Source: an uncultured Collinsella sp.
Lineage (GTDB): Bacteria; Actinomycetota; Coriobacteriia; Coriobacteriales; Coriobacteriaceae
DNA: 64,000 nt
Direction of reading: 5' to 3'
NCBI GenBank assembly: GCA_900545055.1
Contig: UQXP01000003.1
Location: 11,335-75,334 of the forward strand
Part shown: piece after piece, positions 38,140-47,920 of the stretch
Layout of the letters: each line of letters opens with the position of its first letter
Numbering within the stretch: the first letter of the stretch is position 1
Notes under the pieces: model-generated
What the model was told of the DNA's origin: nothing
The model's database searches: none
The model's input: only the letters and a program-made list of their open reading frames with translations
Translations under genes and position numbers: made by a program

Positions 38140-38460
38140 CTAGAGCCCCACTGGCCAGCGACAGACGGCCAAGTCGACGTGCATGTCATCCTTAAACGCC
38201 ACACCCTCCCCTAGCAAAAGCTCACGTTGAGCATCGGGACCGCCAAAAGCAAAACCCTCGCATATGTGCCCGTCGGCAAACACCACGCGGTGACAGGGAA
38301 TCTCGCCGGGGCGAGGATTACTATGCAGGGCATACCCCACGTACCGCGCACTTCGTGGACGACCGGCAAGCAGAGCCACCTGACCATACGTGGCGACCAT
38401 CCCCTCGGGGATTTGCTCGACCACCTCGTACACCCGCTCAAAAAAGCCCTCAGACGCCAT
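38140..38460 (-). CDS. MGMT-family O6-alkylguanine DNA alkyltransferase(-like) protein
   Basis: IPEGMVATYGQVA, ARYVG, active-site PCHRV and QRELLLGEGV motifs. Confidence 0.9.
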   Translation of the reverse strand: MASEGFFERVYEVVEQIPEGMVATYGQVALLAGRPRSARYVGYALHSNPRPGEIPCHRVVFADGHICEGFAFGGPDAQRELLLGEGVAFKDDMHVDLAVCRWPVGL

Positions 38461-38489
38461 TGCTCGCTCCCTTCCACCCGGAATAGCAT

Positions 38490-38528
38490 AAACCACCACA
38501 AAGGTGCCTGTCCCCTTTGTGGTGGTTT
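38490..38528 (-). repeat. Family A REP-like palindrome (copy 4, inverted)
   Basis: Loop reads TGCCTGTCC on the + strand. Confidence 0.95.
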
Positions 38529-38539
38529 TGGCAGGTGGG

Positions 38540-39394
38540 CTAGTTAACGGGCTGGAAGAAGGCCACGGCTACGGCGCCGGGGCCTACATGGGTGCCGATG
38601 GTGGCACCGATGGTGTGAACGGGCAGTTCGCCCTCGGTGTGGCCAGCCCACAGTGCCGCGCTGTCCTCGATATACTTCTTGAGCACCGCATCCGAAAGGC
38701 CCGTATAGCCGAGCGCCAGCGGCATGGAAAAGTCGATGCCGCCCGCTTTTTCGACCTTCTGGTTGAGCAGGTTGCGGCCGTTCTTGGAACCACGCGCCTT
38801 GCCCAGCTGCACGATCAGACCGTCCTCGGCAGCCACAACGGGCTTTACGTTGAGCAGCGTGCCCACGGCGCCGGCAGCAGCAGACAGGCGACCGCCGCGC
38901 ACCAGGTACTCCAGCGTCTCGAGCAGACCAATAACCACCACGCGGTCACGGACGGTCTCGACAGCCGCCGCGATCTGGGCCGCGCCCTGGCCCTCGTCCA
39001 CTAGGCGCAGGGCATACTCGACCAGCACGCGCTCACCCAGGGTAACGTTATTGCTATCAACCACATACACGTCGCCGCCCGGCGCCTCGGCAAGTGCGGT
39101 ACGGGCGCTCTGATTGGTCCCCGAAAGTTTGGCACCCACGGTAATAATCACCGCCTCGTCGCCGGCCTCACGTGCTTCGGCAATCGCCTGCGAAAACGCG
39201 TACGGGTTGACCTGGCCGGTCTTGGGCAGCTCGTCGCGCTCCACAAGCATCTCGTAAAAGCGCTGGTGATCGATGTCGACGCCATCCATATACACATCGG
39301 TGCCAAAGGTGACGGACAGCGGCAGAACACGCAGAGCGGGGTGCTCCGCCGGCGACATATCGCTGGCGGAATCGGTAATAATGCGGACGGACAT
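38540..39394 (-). CDS. DegV family fatty-acid-binding protein
   Basis: IITDSASD, LSGT.QSA, LEYLVRGGR, LNVKP and THVGPG motifs. Confidence 0.93.
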   Translation of the reverse strand: MSVRIITDSASDMSPAEHPALRVLPLSVTFGTDVYMDGVDIDHQRFYEMLVERDELPKTGQVNPYAFSQAIAEAREAGDEAVIITVGAKLSGTNQSARTALAEAPGGDVYVVDSNNVTLGERVLVEYALRLVDEGQGAAQIAAAVETVRDRVVVIGLLETLEYLVRGGRLSAAAGAVGTLLNVKPVVAAEDGLIVQLGKARGSKNGRNLLNQKVEKAGGIDFSMPLALGYTGLSDAVLKKYIEDSAALWAGHTEGELPVHTIGATIGTHVGPGAVAVAFFQPVN

Positions 39395-39513
39395 AGCGAA
39401 TCCTTTCTTGCGCAGGTCTCGCGCAGGGAATTTTGACAGCAATGTCCCGGCACGGCGTACGCGCTCAAACGGGACGATGCAGTTCTTGGCTGAAAGCTAG
39501 CTCCAGCGCGGCT

Positions 39514-39963
39514 CTAGATCTCGCGCAAGGTGTTGAGAATCGTGCGCAGCGACGCATACATCTGCTCGCGCTGCTCCACACCCATAGCCTTACCGGTGGT
39601 ATCGAGCACCTCGCGAATGATGCGGTCCGCCTCGCTCATGCTCTCGCCGCCTAGAGCGGTCAGGCGCACCGGAGCACGATACTTAACGGCGGCATCGCCC
39701 GAATCATCGACCTCAACGTAACCGCCCTCCTCCAGATGCGCGAGCGTGCGCGAGACGGCGGCACGGGTCACGCCTGCCATGCGAGCCAGGTCAGCACCAG
39801 TCAGGCCGTCCTTGCTGCGCTCAAGATAGTACAGGCACATAACGTCGGAGCCCTTGAGGCCCAGCCTTGCGCCCTCGGATGTCTTAATGCGCTGGATCTC
39901 CTTGTAGAGCCCGCTGATCAGTCCGACAAAGTCCTCGAAACGTGTCTCGTCGTTCTGCTGCAT
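39514..39963 (-). CDS. MarR-family transcriptional regulator
   Basis: wHTH 'LTGADLARMAGVTRAAVSRTLAHLEEGGYV...LTALG'; upstream of degV. Confidence 0.85.
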   Translation of the reverse strand: MQQNDETRFEDFVGLISGLYKEIQRIKTSEGARLGLKGSDVMCLYYLERSKDGLTGADLARMAGVTRAAVSRTLAHLEEGGYVEVDDSGDAAVKYRAPVRLTALGGESMSEADRIIREVLDTTGKAMGVEQREQMYASLRTILNTLREI

Positions 39964-40067
39964 GGGAGACGACCGCCTTTCGCTTGCATAATGCTTACGG
40001 GTAAACATCTTAGTCGCATAAGCCGATACCCGTACCCAAATACCCCATTTGTTAACCCATCAACATA

Positions 40068-40108
40068 AAAACCACCACAAAGGGGATAGGAACCTTTGTG
40101 GTGGTTTT
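40068..40108 (+). repeat. Family A REP-like palindrome (copy 5, loop variant GGATAGGAA)
   Basis: AAAACCACCACAAAGG-GGATAGGAA-CCTTTGTGGTGGTTTT. Confidence 0.9.
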
Positions 40109-40136
40109 GACCGGCGAACATGATCCGCAGGCGCCG

Positions 40137-40856
40137 CTACAGCTCCACGCAGGGATTGTCGCGAGTCACAAGCGTCTTAACGACAACCGTCGCTCCCAGA
40201 TAGCGCTCGAGCAGCTCGGCTAAGCGATCGATCGCGGCCTGGCAATCCCCCATCCGCTCGGGCTCCACGCACTCAATCGCCAGGAACGCATCGGCCGAAT
40301 CATCGGACAGCGCCGTTCGAACGCCGTCGCGCCAGTTCCAGCAGCGGCACACGGCGCCTGCATCGTCGATATAGGCGAGCTCGCCGGGCAGCGTCGGGTC
40401 ATCCGCCTCCTCGCCAAGAGGCAGGAACGCATCGCCACCGTCGGTCACCTTCAAGCGAAGGTCACCCTCGATCGCATGCAAATCCTCGCCTCCCACGGGC
40501 AGCGCGTAGGTCAGCGACACCGTGTTGTAGATGTCCACCGCGGACGTAATGTGGCCCACCGGCTTGCCTTTGAGCACGCGTTTGAGCAGGTTCTCGATTG
40601 AGCAACGCGCGCCCTTTTTGGTCTTGAACAGACGGTACGCGTCACGCCATGCCTTGACCGGTGCGTTCTCGCTGATAGTATCGCTGGTCAGATGGCGCTC
40701 CGCGTCGATATTGGCGCGGTCAAGCAGCGCGGCAATCGCATCCACGTCCTCCTGGGGTATCTGGGCCGCGGGCTTCATGCCCTTTACGACCACAACACCG
40801 ACAGCCGCCTGCGGAAATAGCTCCCAAAACGAATCCTCGGCAACGAAACTCTTCAT
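40137..40856 (-). CDS. Stand-alone B3/4 (PheRS editing-like) domain protein, CtdA-like
   Basis: WRDAYR.F, SIENLLKRV, VDIYN.VSL, PVGGEDL and CRCWNWR motifs. Confidence 0.88.
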   Translation of the reverse strand: MKSFVAEDSFWELFPQAAVGVVVVKGMKPAAQIPQEDVDAIAALLDRANIDAERHLTSDTISENAPVKAWRDAYRLFKTKKGARCSIENLLKRVLKGKPVGHITSAVDIYNTVSLTYALPVGGEDLHAIEGDLRLKVTDGGDAFLPLGEEADDPTLPGELAYIDDAGAVCRCWNWRDGVRTALSDDSADAFLAIECVEPERMGDCQAAIDRLAELLERYLGATVVVKTLVTRDNPCVEL

Positions 40857-40896
40857 GTGCTCTCCCTTCATAGCATGCGCCCGAGCCCGGGTGCCT

Positions 40897-40992
40897 AAAC
40901 AAAAAGCGCCCTTACGACGGCCACCTTCAAAGTCCTACGGTGCCGCCACAAGAGCGCTTACGCTGCCCCCATCTGGAGAAGGGAGCGATATG
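40897..40992 (-). promoter_or_regulatory. Guanidine-IV (mepA/GGAM-1)-like riboswitch
   Basis: -10 TACAAT (41001-41006); P1 hairpin with CTCCAG in the loop; terminator stem with loop GTAGGACTTTGA and a T-tract; upstream of a B3/4 gene. Confidence 0.7.
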
Positions 40993-41027
40993 TTAGGCGT
41001 ATTGTAACCCGAGTCATCCGTGCGAGT

Positions 41028-41068
41028 AAAACCACCACAAAGGTGCCTGTCCCCTTTATGGTGGTTTT
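41028..41068 (-). repeat. Family A REP-like palindrome (copy 6, inverted)
   Basis: AAAACCACCACAAAGGTGCCTGTCCCCTTTATGGTGGTTTT (one mismatch in the stem). Confidence 0.93.
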
Positions 41069-41083
41069 GGGTCTGAGGCGACG

Positions 41084-42754
41084 CTAGTGGCGAAGTCCCA
41101 GCAGGCCGTGGCCGCGATGACGGGCGTCGGCGTGCACCTGAGCGTGCGGACCGGCGGCCTTGACGGATTCGGGCAGGTGCGAGTACTTCTTCTCGAAGTT
41201 CTCCTCGAACATCACGGCCAAGTTGTGCGCGGCCTCGTCGTAGCGAGCGGTGCTCTGCCAATACTGGCGCGGCACCAGGATGCCGTCGGGTACGCCGTGG
41301 CACGTGGTGGGAATGTCGACGTTAAAGATGTCGTCGTGCACGAACTCGCTGTCCTCGATGGTACCGTCGAGGGCGCGGGCCACCAGGGCGCGCGTGTAGG
41401 CAAGCTCGATGCGATGACCCACGCCGTAGCCGCCGCCGATCCAGCCGGTGTTGACCAGGTACACACGCGTGCGGCCGTCGGCGATGCGCTCACCGAGCAT
41501 CTTGGCATAGACCATGGGGTCGAGCGGCATAAACGGCTCGCCAAACAGCGAAGAGAACGTGGGCGTGGGCTCGGTGACGCCGACCTCGGTGCCGGGGATC
41601 TTGGCCGTAAATCCCGTCACAAAGTGATACATGGCGGCGTCGGCCGTCAGGCGCGAGATGGGCGGCAGCACGCCAAAGGCATCGCAGGTCAGGAAGAGCA
41701 CGACGCTTGGAGTGGTGCCCATGCCCTTGGTCCACGCGTTGGGAATGTGCTCCACAGGGTATGCCACGCGCGTGTTGTGCGTGATCGAGATGTCGTCGTA
41801 GTTGGGCTTGCGGTTCTCGTCGAGCACCACGTTTTCGCAGATCGCGCCAAAGCGGACAGCGTTGAAGATCTCGGGCTCGTGGAACGCGTCCAGGCCCTCG
41901 CATTTGGCGTAGCAGCCACCTTCGATGTTGAAGATGCCCATGTCGGACCAACCGTGCTCGTCGTCGCCGATCAGCAGGCGCGTGGGGTTGGCCGAAAGCG
42001 TGGTCTTGCCGGTGCCCGACAGGCCAAAGAACACCGCGGTCTCGTGCGTGACGGGATCCATACTGGCCGAGCAATGCATGGGCAGCACGTCGTCCTCGAC
42101 GGGCAGCAGGTAATTCATGACGCTGAAGATGGACTTTTTGATCTCGCCGGAGTAGCCGGTACCCGCGACCAAAATCACGCGCTCCTGGAAGTTGATGACC
42201 ACGGCGGCGCTGGAGTTGAGGCCCTTGATGGCGGGATCGCACTGGTAGCCCGGCGCGGCGAGCACACAGAAGTCCGGCTCGCCGGTGCGCGCGATTTCGC
42301 GGGCAAGCGGGCGGGCGAGCATCTGCTTAATGAAGAGTGCCTGGCTGGCGCGCTCGCAGGCGACGAGCAGTCGGCGCGTGTGGTTGCGGTCGGCGCCGGC
42401 CATGCCGCGGGTGACGAACACGTCGCGCTCGTTGAGGTAGTTGACGATACCGGCCTTGATGGTCTCGTAGCTCTCGATCGAAAGCGGTCGGTTGACGGCG
42501 CCCCAGGCGATCTTGTCGTGCACGTCGGGCGTGTCAACGATAAAGCGGTCATTGGGGGAACGACCAGTGCGCTCCCCCGTCTCGATCACCAGCGCGCCGT
42601 TGGATGCCATGCGGCCTTCTTCGCGGCGGATAGCGTGCTCGACGAGCTCCGCGGCGGGTAGATCGACCAGCAGACGGGGCTGATTCTCGGCGGGATCTTC
42701 GACCAGCGTAATACCAAAGTTGGACAAAACATCTGCAGGGGTAACACCAGGCAT
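41084..42754 (-). CDS. pckA: Phosphoenolpyruvate carboxykinase (ATP)
   Basis: TGRSPND, YSGEIKK, MHCSA, FFGLSGTGKTTLS, LIGDDEHGW and NIEGGCYAK motifs. Confidence 0.96.
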   Translation of the reverse strand: MPGVTPADVLSNFGITLVEDPAENQPRLLVDLPAAELVEHAIRREEGRMASNGALVIETGERTGRSPNDRFIVDTPDVHDKIAWGAVNRPLSIESYETIKAGIVNYLNERDVFVTRGMAGADRNHTRRLLVACERASQALFIKQMLARPLAREIARTGEPDFCVLAAPGYQCDPAIKGLNSSAAVVINFQERVILVAGTGYSGEIKKSIFSVMNYLLPVEDDVLPMHCSASMDPVTHETAVFFGLSGTGKTTLSANPTRLLIGDDEHGWSDMGIFNIEGGCYAKCEGLDAFHEPEIFNAVRFGAICENVVLDENRKPNYDDISITHNTRVAYPVEHIPNAWTKGMGTTPSVVLFLTCDAFGVLPPISRLTADAAMYHFVTGFTAKIPGTEVGVTEPTPTFSSLFGEPFMPLDPMVYAKMLGERIADGRTRVYLVNTGWIGGGYGVGHRIELAYTRALVARALDGTIEDSEFVHDDIFNVDIPTTCHGVPDGILVPRQYWQSTARYDEAAHNLAVMFEENFEKKYSHLPESVKAAGPHAQVHADARHRGHGLLGLRH

Positions 42755-42893
42755 GGGGCCTCCTTTAAAAACGCGACACGTGGACGAGGCGCGCACTTTA
42801 CTCACGTAAAGCCCGTTGTACCCGATATGCAAAAACGTTTTTGCGGCAACGGCGAAGCGCCCGCCCAACGGTCAAAAATCGCACGCAAGCGGC

Positions 42894-43004
42894 CTAGTCG
42901 TTAGGGACACTCTTGAACAGGCAACAACCAAGGAGCGACCCCGGATGCCGGCACTTAGGGACGTTCCCAAAGTGCCGGCACATAAGGAACGTCCCCAAAT
43001 GCCG
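42894..43004. repeat. Family C repeat cluster
   Basis: TGCCGGCACTT-AGGGACGTTCCCA-AAGTGCCGGCA hairpin (42946-42980) plus flanking units; 42894-42914 matches 23595-23615 at 18/21. Confidence 0.85.
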
Positions 43005-43106
43005 TCTACTGAATGGCGCCGCCGAAATTATCGAACAACCTGTTCAAAAACACGAACGAACACCGTCGCGTCTATACTAGAGCGTAGCAATAGAAAGGAC
43101 TCCGCT

Positions 43107-44681
43107 TTGAGCATCACGCCCATCGATAGCATTCGCCGCGCCATCGCCCGCCGCAATGGCGTCGCCGACCCCACCGTATCGGACGGGGCGCACGGGCAGG
43201 GCGGACGCATCGAGAACGGCCTGTTCCCCGCATCGCACACCGCCGAGGAGCTCGCACGAATCCAAGAGCTAAGCCAGCGTAACGCCGGCGGTCCCGACAG
43301 CAGCCAGGCCACACGCCGTCGCCGCGAGCGCGATCGCCAGCCCGGCCCCATCCACCGCATGGTCAATGCCTGGTGGAACCGCCTGCTCGGAGCCGTCTAC
43401 GGCGGCGGCTTCTCCACGCAAGAAGCCGAGTACGAAGATCACGCCACCCGTCGCGACTACCTTTGGAATACCCTGGGCACCGCCGTGTGGGGCATGGTGT
43501 TTCCGTTGCTCACCATCGTGTCCACACAGCTCGTGGGCGCCGAGGAGGCTGGCAAATTCTCCATCGCCTTTGTCACCGGCACGCTCATTATGATTGCGTG
43601 CAACTACGGCGTGCGCAATTTCCAGGTCTCGGACATCGACGAAAAGACGTCCTTTGCCTCTTACCAGCTCAACCGCTGGATCTGCGGAGCGCTCGCGCTG
43701 GCATGCGGCCTGGTATACAGCAGCGCCCGCGGCTACGATGCGCAGATGGCCACCATCGGCCTGGGCGTCTACCTGTATAAGGTGATCGACGGCATTGCCG
43801 ACGTGTACGAGGGCCGCCTGCAGCAGGCCGACAAACTCTACCTGGCCGGCATGAGCCAAACGCTACGATCCGTCGGCGTCATCACGGTCTTTAGCGTGGC
43901 ACTGTTCCTCACGCGCAGCATGCCCATCGCCGCCATGGCCATGGGTGTTACCGCGATCGCCTCGCTCGTGCTGGTCACCGCGCCGCTTGCTCTGCTCGAA
44001 ACCGAAAAATCGCGCCGCGTGAGCCTGCGCGAGGTCGGTCACCTGTTTATCCAGTGCGCCCCGCTTTTTGGCGCGCTGTTCCTGTTCAACCTCATCGAGA
44101 GCATGCCCAAGTTCGTGATGGAAGGCACGCTGGCCTACAAGTATCAGCTGTACTTTAATGCCCTGTTCTTTCCAGCGCAGGCCATTTTGTTGAGCATCGG
44201 ATTTGTCTATAAACCGCAGCTTCTGCGTCTGTCGAGCATTTGGACGAATCCGCGCAAGCGTCGCCGCTTTGACCTGATTATTGTTGCCGTTATGGCACTG
44301 ATCGTGGTCATCACCAGCGTGTGCGCCGCATTTATGGCAGGTCCCGGTATTCCCCTCATGAGCTTCATGTACGGCCTCAATTATGAGCGCTACCGCACGC
44401 TGGCACTGCTGATGGTTGTCGCCGGCGGCGTCACCGCGGCCATCGACTTTATCTACGCCATCATCACGGTGCTGCGCCATGCCGGCGACGTCACCAAAAT
44501 CTACCTGATCTGCTTCGCCGTAAGCGTAGTGCTGCCGGTGATCCTGATCAACCTGCTGGGTCTGATGGGCGCCGTGGTGAGCTACCTAGCCATCATGGCC
44601 CTACTCCTGGTGCTGCTGATTATCGAATACGCCCACATCCGCCAACGCATCGAGCGCGACCGCAACCCGTACGGCGCCTAA
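43107..44681 (+). CDS. Polysaccharide flippase (Wzx/MOP-type) with soluble N-terminal extension
   Basis: About 12 TM segments; WN.LG, YGVRNFQVSD and YEGRLQQ motifs; TTG start after AGAAAGGA. Confidence 0.8.
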   Translation: MSITPIDSIRRAIARRNGVADPTVSDGAHGQGGRIENGLFPASHTAEELARIQELSQRNAGGPDSSQATRRRRERDRQPGPIHRMVNAWWNRLLGAVYGGGFSTQEAEYEDHATRRDYLWNTLGTAVWGMVFPLLTIVSTQLVGAEEAGKFSIAFVTGTLIMIACNYGVRNFQVSDIDEKTSFASYQLNRWICGALALACGLVYSSARGYDAQMATIGLGVYLYKVIDGIADVYEGRLQQADKLYLAGMSQTLRSVGVITVFSVALFLTRSMPIAAMAMGVTAIASLVLVTAPLALLETEKSRRVSLREVGHLFIQCAPLFGALFLFNLIESMPKFVMEGTLAYKYQLYFNALFFPAQAILLSIGFVYKPQLLRLSSIWTNPRKRRRFDLIIVAVMALIVVITSVCAAFMAGPGIPLMSFMYGLNYERYRTLALLMVVAGGVTAAIDFIYAIITVLRHAGDVTKIYLICFAVSVVLPVILINLLGLMGAVVSYLAIMALLLVLLIIEYAHIRQRIERDRNPYGA

Positions 44682-44761
44682 TTAGCTGCCCCGGTCACCG
44701 GAATTTGCGATGGAATCGCCCCGGCTGGGGTCTCGTTGAAGACAATATGCATCACGTAAAA

Positions 44762-44884
44762 CTAAGTGAGTAGATTTTTACCGAATCCCTGACCACACCG
44801 ACAGAGCACAAGTCTGTGGCCTGCGGTTTTATTGAGGCAAATATGTTGGGTGCTCGGCATTTCCAAAAAAGTCTACTCACTTAG
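44762..44884. repeat. Long inverted-repeat element with internal CCTGCGGTTTT
   Basis: Arms CTAAGTGAGTAGATTTTT (44762-44779) and AAAAAGTCTACTCACTTAG (44866-44884); motif at 44820-44830. Confidence 0.8.
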
Positions 44885-44899
44885 CCAGCGGGCAGCCAA

Positions 44900-44987
44900 A
44901 TGATTATTTAATCCCCGTCCCAGAGAAATCAATTAGCGGGCAGAAGGGCAAGAGTAGTCAAAAAAGCCCCGTCCCAAATTAGCTACC
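44900..44987. repeat. Family B repeat units
   Basis: GAGTAGTCAAAAAAGCCCCGTCCCAAATTAGCTACC (44952-44987) and a degenerate CCCCGTCCC unit near 44900-44931. Confidence 0.8.
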
Positions 44988-44998
44988 ACTTGCACCGA

Positions 44999-45838
44999 TT
45001 ATTCGCCCGGGTTGATGTTCGCGTAGAACTCCGCCCCATCATCGAGCCGCAGGATGCCCACGCGACCGAACTCGGAGCCGGTGGCGGCGGCGCAGTCGAT
45101 GTCGATGCGATCGGGCACGCCGGCGGTATCCTCGCCACCCAGGCGCACAATCTGCCCGCGGCCCGACTCCTCATCGAGCCCCGCCAGGCCGCCAACCTCG
45201 CAATAGCGCCCAAGCGACACCGTGGGCGTGTGGCCGCTCACCACGACCGGGCCCTCGCCCTCGGCAGAAAGCAGTCCCGTCGGCGCATCCCAATAGCCGT
45301 GACGAATCCACAGCAGGTCATCGGACGACTGCACGGCGAGCATTTGCCGCAGCAGCTCGCTATCGGCATCGGCCGCTCCCCTGCCGTCACCGCAATCGAC
45401 ACCATGCTCAAGCAAAAACGCGCGCGCCGCCTCGGTCTGGATGCCGGCATGCACCAGCAGGTACGGGCGCTCCTCGGTCTCGGCCACCGCGTAGAGCGGC
45501 AGCGCGGCCATCCATCGCACGAGCTCCTCGTATGCCTCAAATTCCATGTCGTTGAGCTGCTCGCTCGTCGTCCAGCCACCGTTGATATCCCAGGTCTCGG
45601 CATCGAGCGGGTCCTGGCCAATGATGGCATCGAGCATGATCTGCTCGTGATTGCCCTTGAGCACGTGGGCGTTGGGCAGCGAGCGCACGAGCTTAATAAC
45701 GCCGACCGGATCGGGCCCGCGATCGATCATGTCGCCCAGCACGTACAGCGTGTCGTCGGACGTCAACGAGATCTTAGACAGGGCCTCGTCAAGCGCACGC
45801 ACGTGCCCGTGAGCATCAGATGTCACATAGATCGCCAT
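44999..45838 (-). CDS. Metallophosphoesterase (Ser/Thr protein phosphatase-like)
   Basis: SDAHG, GDMIDRGP, KGNHE, VHAG and SGHTP motifs. Confidence 0.92.
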   Translation of the reverse strand: MAIYVTSDAHGHVRALDEALSKISLTSDDTLYVLGDMIDRGPDPVGVIKLVRSLPNAHVLKGNHEQIMLDAIIGQDPLDAETWDINGGWTTSEQLNDMEFEAYEELVRWMAALPLYAVAETEERPYLLVHAGIQTEAARAFLLEHGVDCGDGRGAADADSELLRQMLAVQSSDDLLWIRHGYWDAPTGLLSAEGEGPVVVSGHTPTVSLGRYCEVGGLAGLDEESGRGQIVRLGGEDTAGVPDRIDIDCAAATGSEFGRVGILRLDDGAEFYANINPGE

Positions 45839-46091
45839 GGTACGCCTCTCCTTGCATTGCGGTCTAAGCCCGGCGCCGCAACTAAAACTTCAAGTTGAAC
45901 TTAAACGTTACCCATTGTACTCCGTTGCAATAAAGCTGGAAAGGGTTTCCGAGCAGAGGCAAAGACGGCAGCCGTCTATGACGATATCGCGCACGCCCGC
46001 AATCCAACCCCATAAACCCACCATCTTTGGGTACAAATAACCGCAGACAACTGACCGTGCCACGCCAACCACCCAGGAGCGGACACTATCC

Positions 46092-47693
46092 ATGAACCAG
46101 ATCCTTCTCTTTATCGGCCTCGTCATCATTTTGTGCCTGACCATCAAACCCGTTGGCAAAAAACTCCCCTTCCCCACCCTGCTCATCTTTATCGCACTCG
46201 GCATGCTGTTGGGCGTCAACGGCCCGGCGCATATCGACTTTAGCGACTACGCGCTCACCGAAACCGTCTGCAGCACGGCGCTGCTGTTCATCATGTTCTA
46301 CGGCGGCTTTAACACCAATATCGACCGCGCCAAGCCCGTCGCTGCGCCGGCGGTGCTGCTGAGCACGCTCGGCGTCGTCATCACTGCCGGCATCACCGGC
46401 GTGTTCGCCCACTTCGCGCTGGGGTTCGACTGGATCGGCGGCCTGCTGCTGGGATCGGTTGTAGCATCCACCGACGCAGCCAGCGTCTTTAGCGTGCTGC
46501 GCGAGCACAACCTTTCGCTGAGGGGTGGCACCGACTCGCTGCTCGAGGTCGAATCGGGCTCCAACGACCCCGTCGCATACATGCTCACCGCGGTGCTCGC
46601 GACCCTCGCGGCCGGCGGCGACATCAACATTCCCGCACTGCTGGCCAAGCAGATTATCCTGGGCGCGGGCCTGGGCCTTGCCATCGGCTGGGCGGCGGGC
46701 CGCCTGATTGAACGCGCGCACGCAACGGCCGAGGGCGCGCAGACCATCTTTTTGTTCGCCGTGGCGATCGTCGCCTACGCACTACCAAGCTATCTGGGCG
46801 GCAACGGCTTTTTGGCTGTATACCTGGCCGGCATTGTGCTGGGTGCCAGCGACATCACCGGCAAAGTCGAGATGGCGCACTTCTTTGACACCCTCACCGA
46901 AATGGCGGAGATGACGATCTTCTTCTTGCTCGGCCTGCTCGTAACGCCCGCACGCCTGCCGCAGATGCTGCTGCCGGGCCTGGCGCTCATGGCGTTTATG
47001 CTCTTCGTGAGCCGCCCCATCGCCGTGGGCATGCTGTTGGCGCCCTTTAAGACCAACCCTCGCCAGGTTGCGCTCGTAAGCTGGGCGGGCCTGCGCGGAG
47101 CAGCTTCGGTCGTCTTTAGTCTCTTTGCCGTGGTTGCCGGCGTTCCCGGCGGACACGACCTATTTGACCTGGTGTTTGTGATTGCCGTGTCGAGTATTGT
47201 GGTGCAGGGCTCGCTGCTGCCAGCGGTGGCGAAGAAGCTCGATATGATCGATGCGACCGGCGACGTGCGCCGCACCTTTAACGACTATCGCGACGAAGAC
47301 GGCATGTCATTTGTAAAGCTCAAGGTGGGTGCTGGCCATCCGTTTGCCGGGCGCTCGCTCGCCGATATTGGCAGCGCGACGGACATGCTCGTGGTCCTGG
47401 TGCTGCGCGACGGGGCGCACCCGGTGCTGCCCAACGGCGATACCGTGATCCAGGAAGGCGATCTGCTGGTGATGGCCGCCCCAACGTTCGAAGAGCGTGC
47501 CGAGGTTACACTGCGCGAGGTCACCGTGACGCCCCACGGTCGCCTGGCCGGCCAGCGCCTGCGCGATGTGCCGCAGGGCAAGCACCCCTTTATCGTGGTG
47601 ATGCTCAAGCGCGACGGCCAAACGATCATCCCCGACGGCAACACCCTTATATACGCCGGCGACGAAGTCGTCATTGCCACGCTCGCGTCGTAG
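46092..47693 (+). CDS. Potassium/proton antiporter (CvrA/NhaP2-type) with TrkA_C domains
   Basis: STDAASVF, ESGSNDP, GGNGFLAVY and WAGLRGA motifs; two C-terminal RCK-C repeats. Confidence 0.92.
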   Translation: MNQILLFIGLVIILCLTIKPVGKKLPFPTLLIFIALGMLLGVNGPAHIDFSDYALTETVCSTALLFIMFYGGFNTNIDRAKPVAAPAVLLSTLGVVITAGITGVFAHFALGFDWIGGLLLGSVVASTDAASVFSVLREHNLSLRGGTDSLLEVESGSNDPVAYMLTAVLATLAAGGDINIPALLAKQIILGAGLGLAIGWAAGRLIERAHATAEGAQTIFLFAVAIVAYALPSYLGGNGFLAVYLAGIVLGASDITGKVEMAHFFDTLTEMAEMTIFFLLGLLVTPARLPQMLLPGLALMAFMLFVSRPIAVGMLLAPFKTNPRQVALVSWAGLRGAASVVFSLFAVVAGVPGGHDLFDLVFVIAVSSIVVQGSLLPAVAKKLDMIDATGDVRRTFNDYRDEDGMSFVKLKVGAGHPFAGRSLADIGSATDMLVVLVLRDGAHPVLPNGDTVIQEGDLLVMAAPTFEERAEVTLREVTVTPHGRLAGQRLRDVPQGKHPFIVVMLKRDGQTIIPDGNTLIYAGDEVVIATLAS

Positions 47694-47920
47694 CGGGCAG
47701 GAGGTAGCTAATTTGCGACGAAGAGATCAAGCGCCTAGAAAGCCTCATGCCTTCGCTTGCAGTTTTGGATTTGCCTGAGGAGTAAAGCACCCCCTCCCCC
47801 ATGTAACCATCCTGTAAATCATAGCGGCGCACTCGAGTTTTACCGTGATGCTGTCGCGCCTGGCGCTGCACTGTGCTAAAGTATCCCGAACGTTCAAACG
47901 ACTACGAGGGGAACTAGAAG

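Noticed and set aside
42931..43004. Possible mini CRISPR array
   Set aside because: Units abut without unique spacers, orientation is mixed, and there are no cas genes; better explained as family C repeats.
43031..43046. LexA box-like TCGAACAACCTGTTCA
   Set aside because: The spacer is 5 nt rather than 4, and the downstream gene is not DNA-repair related.
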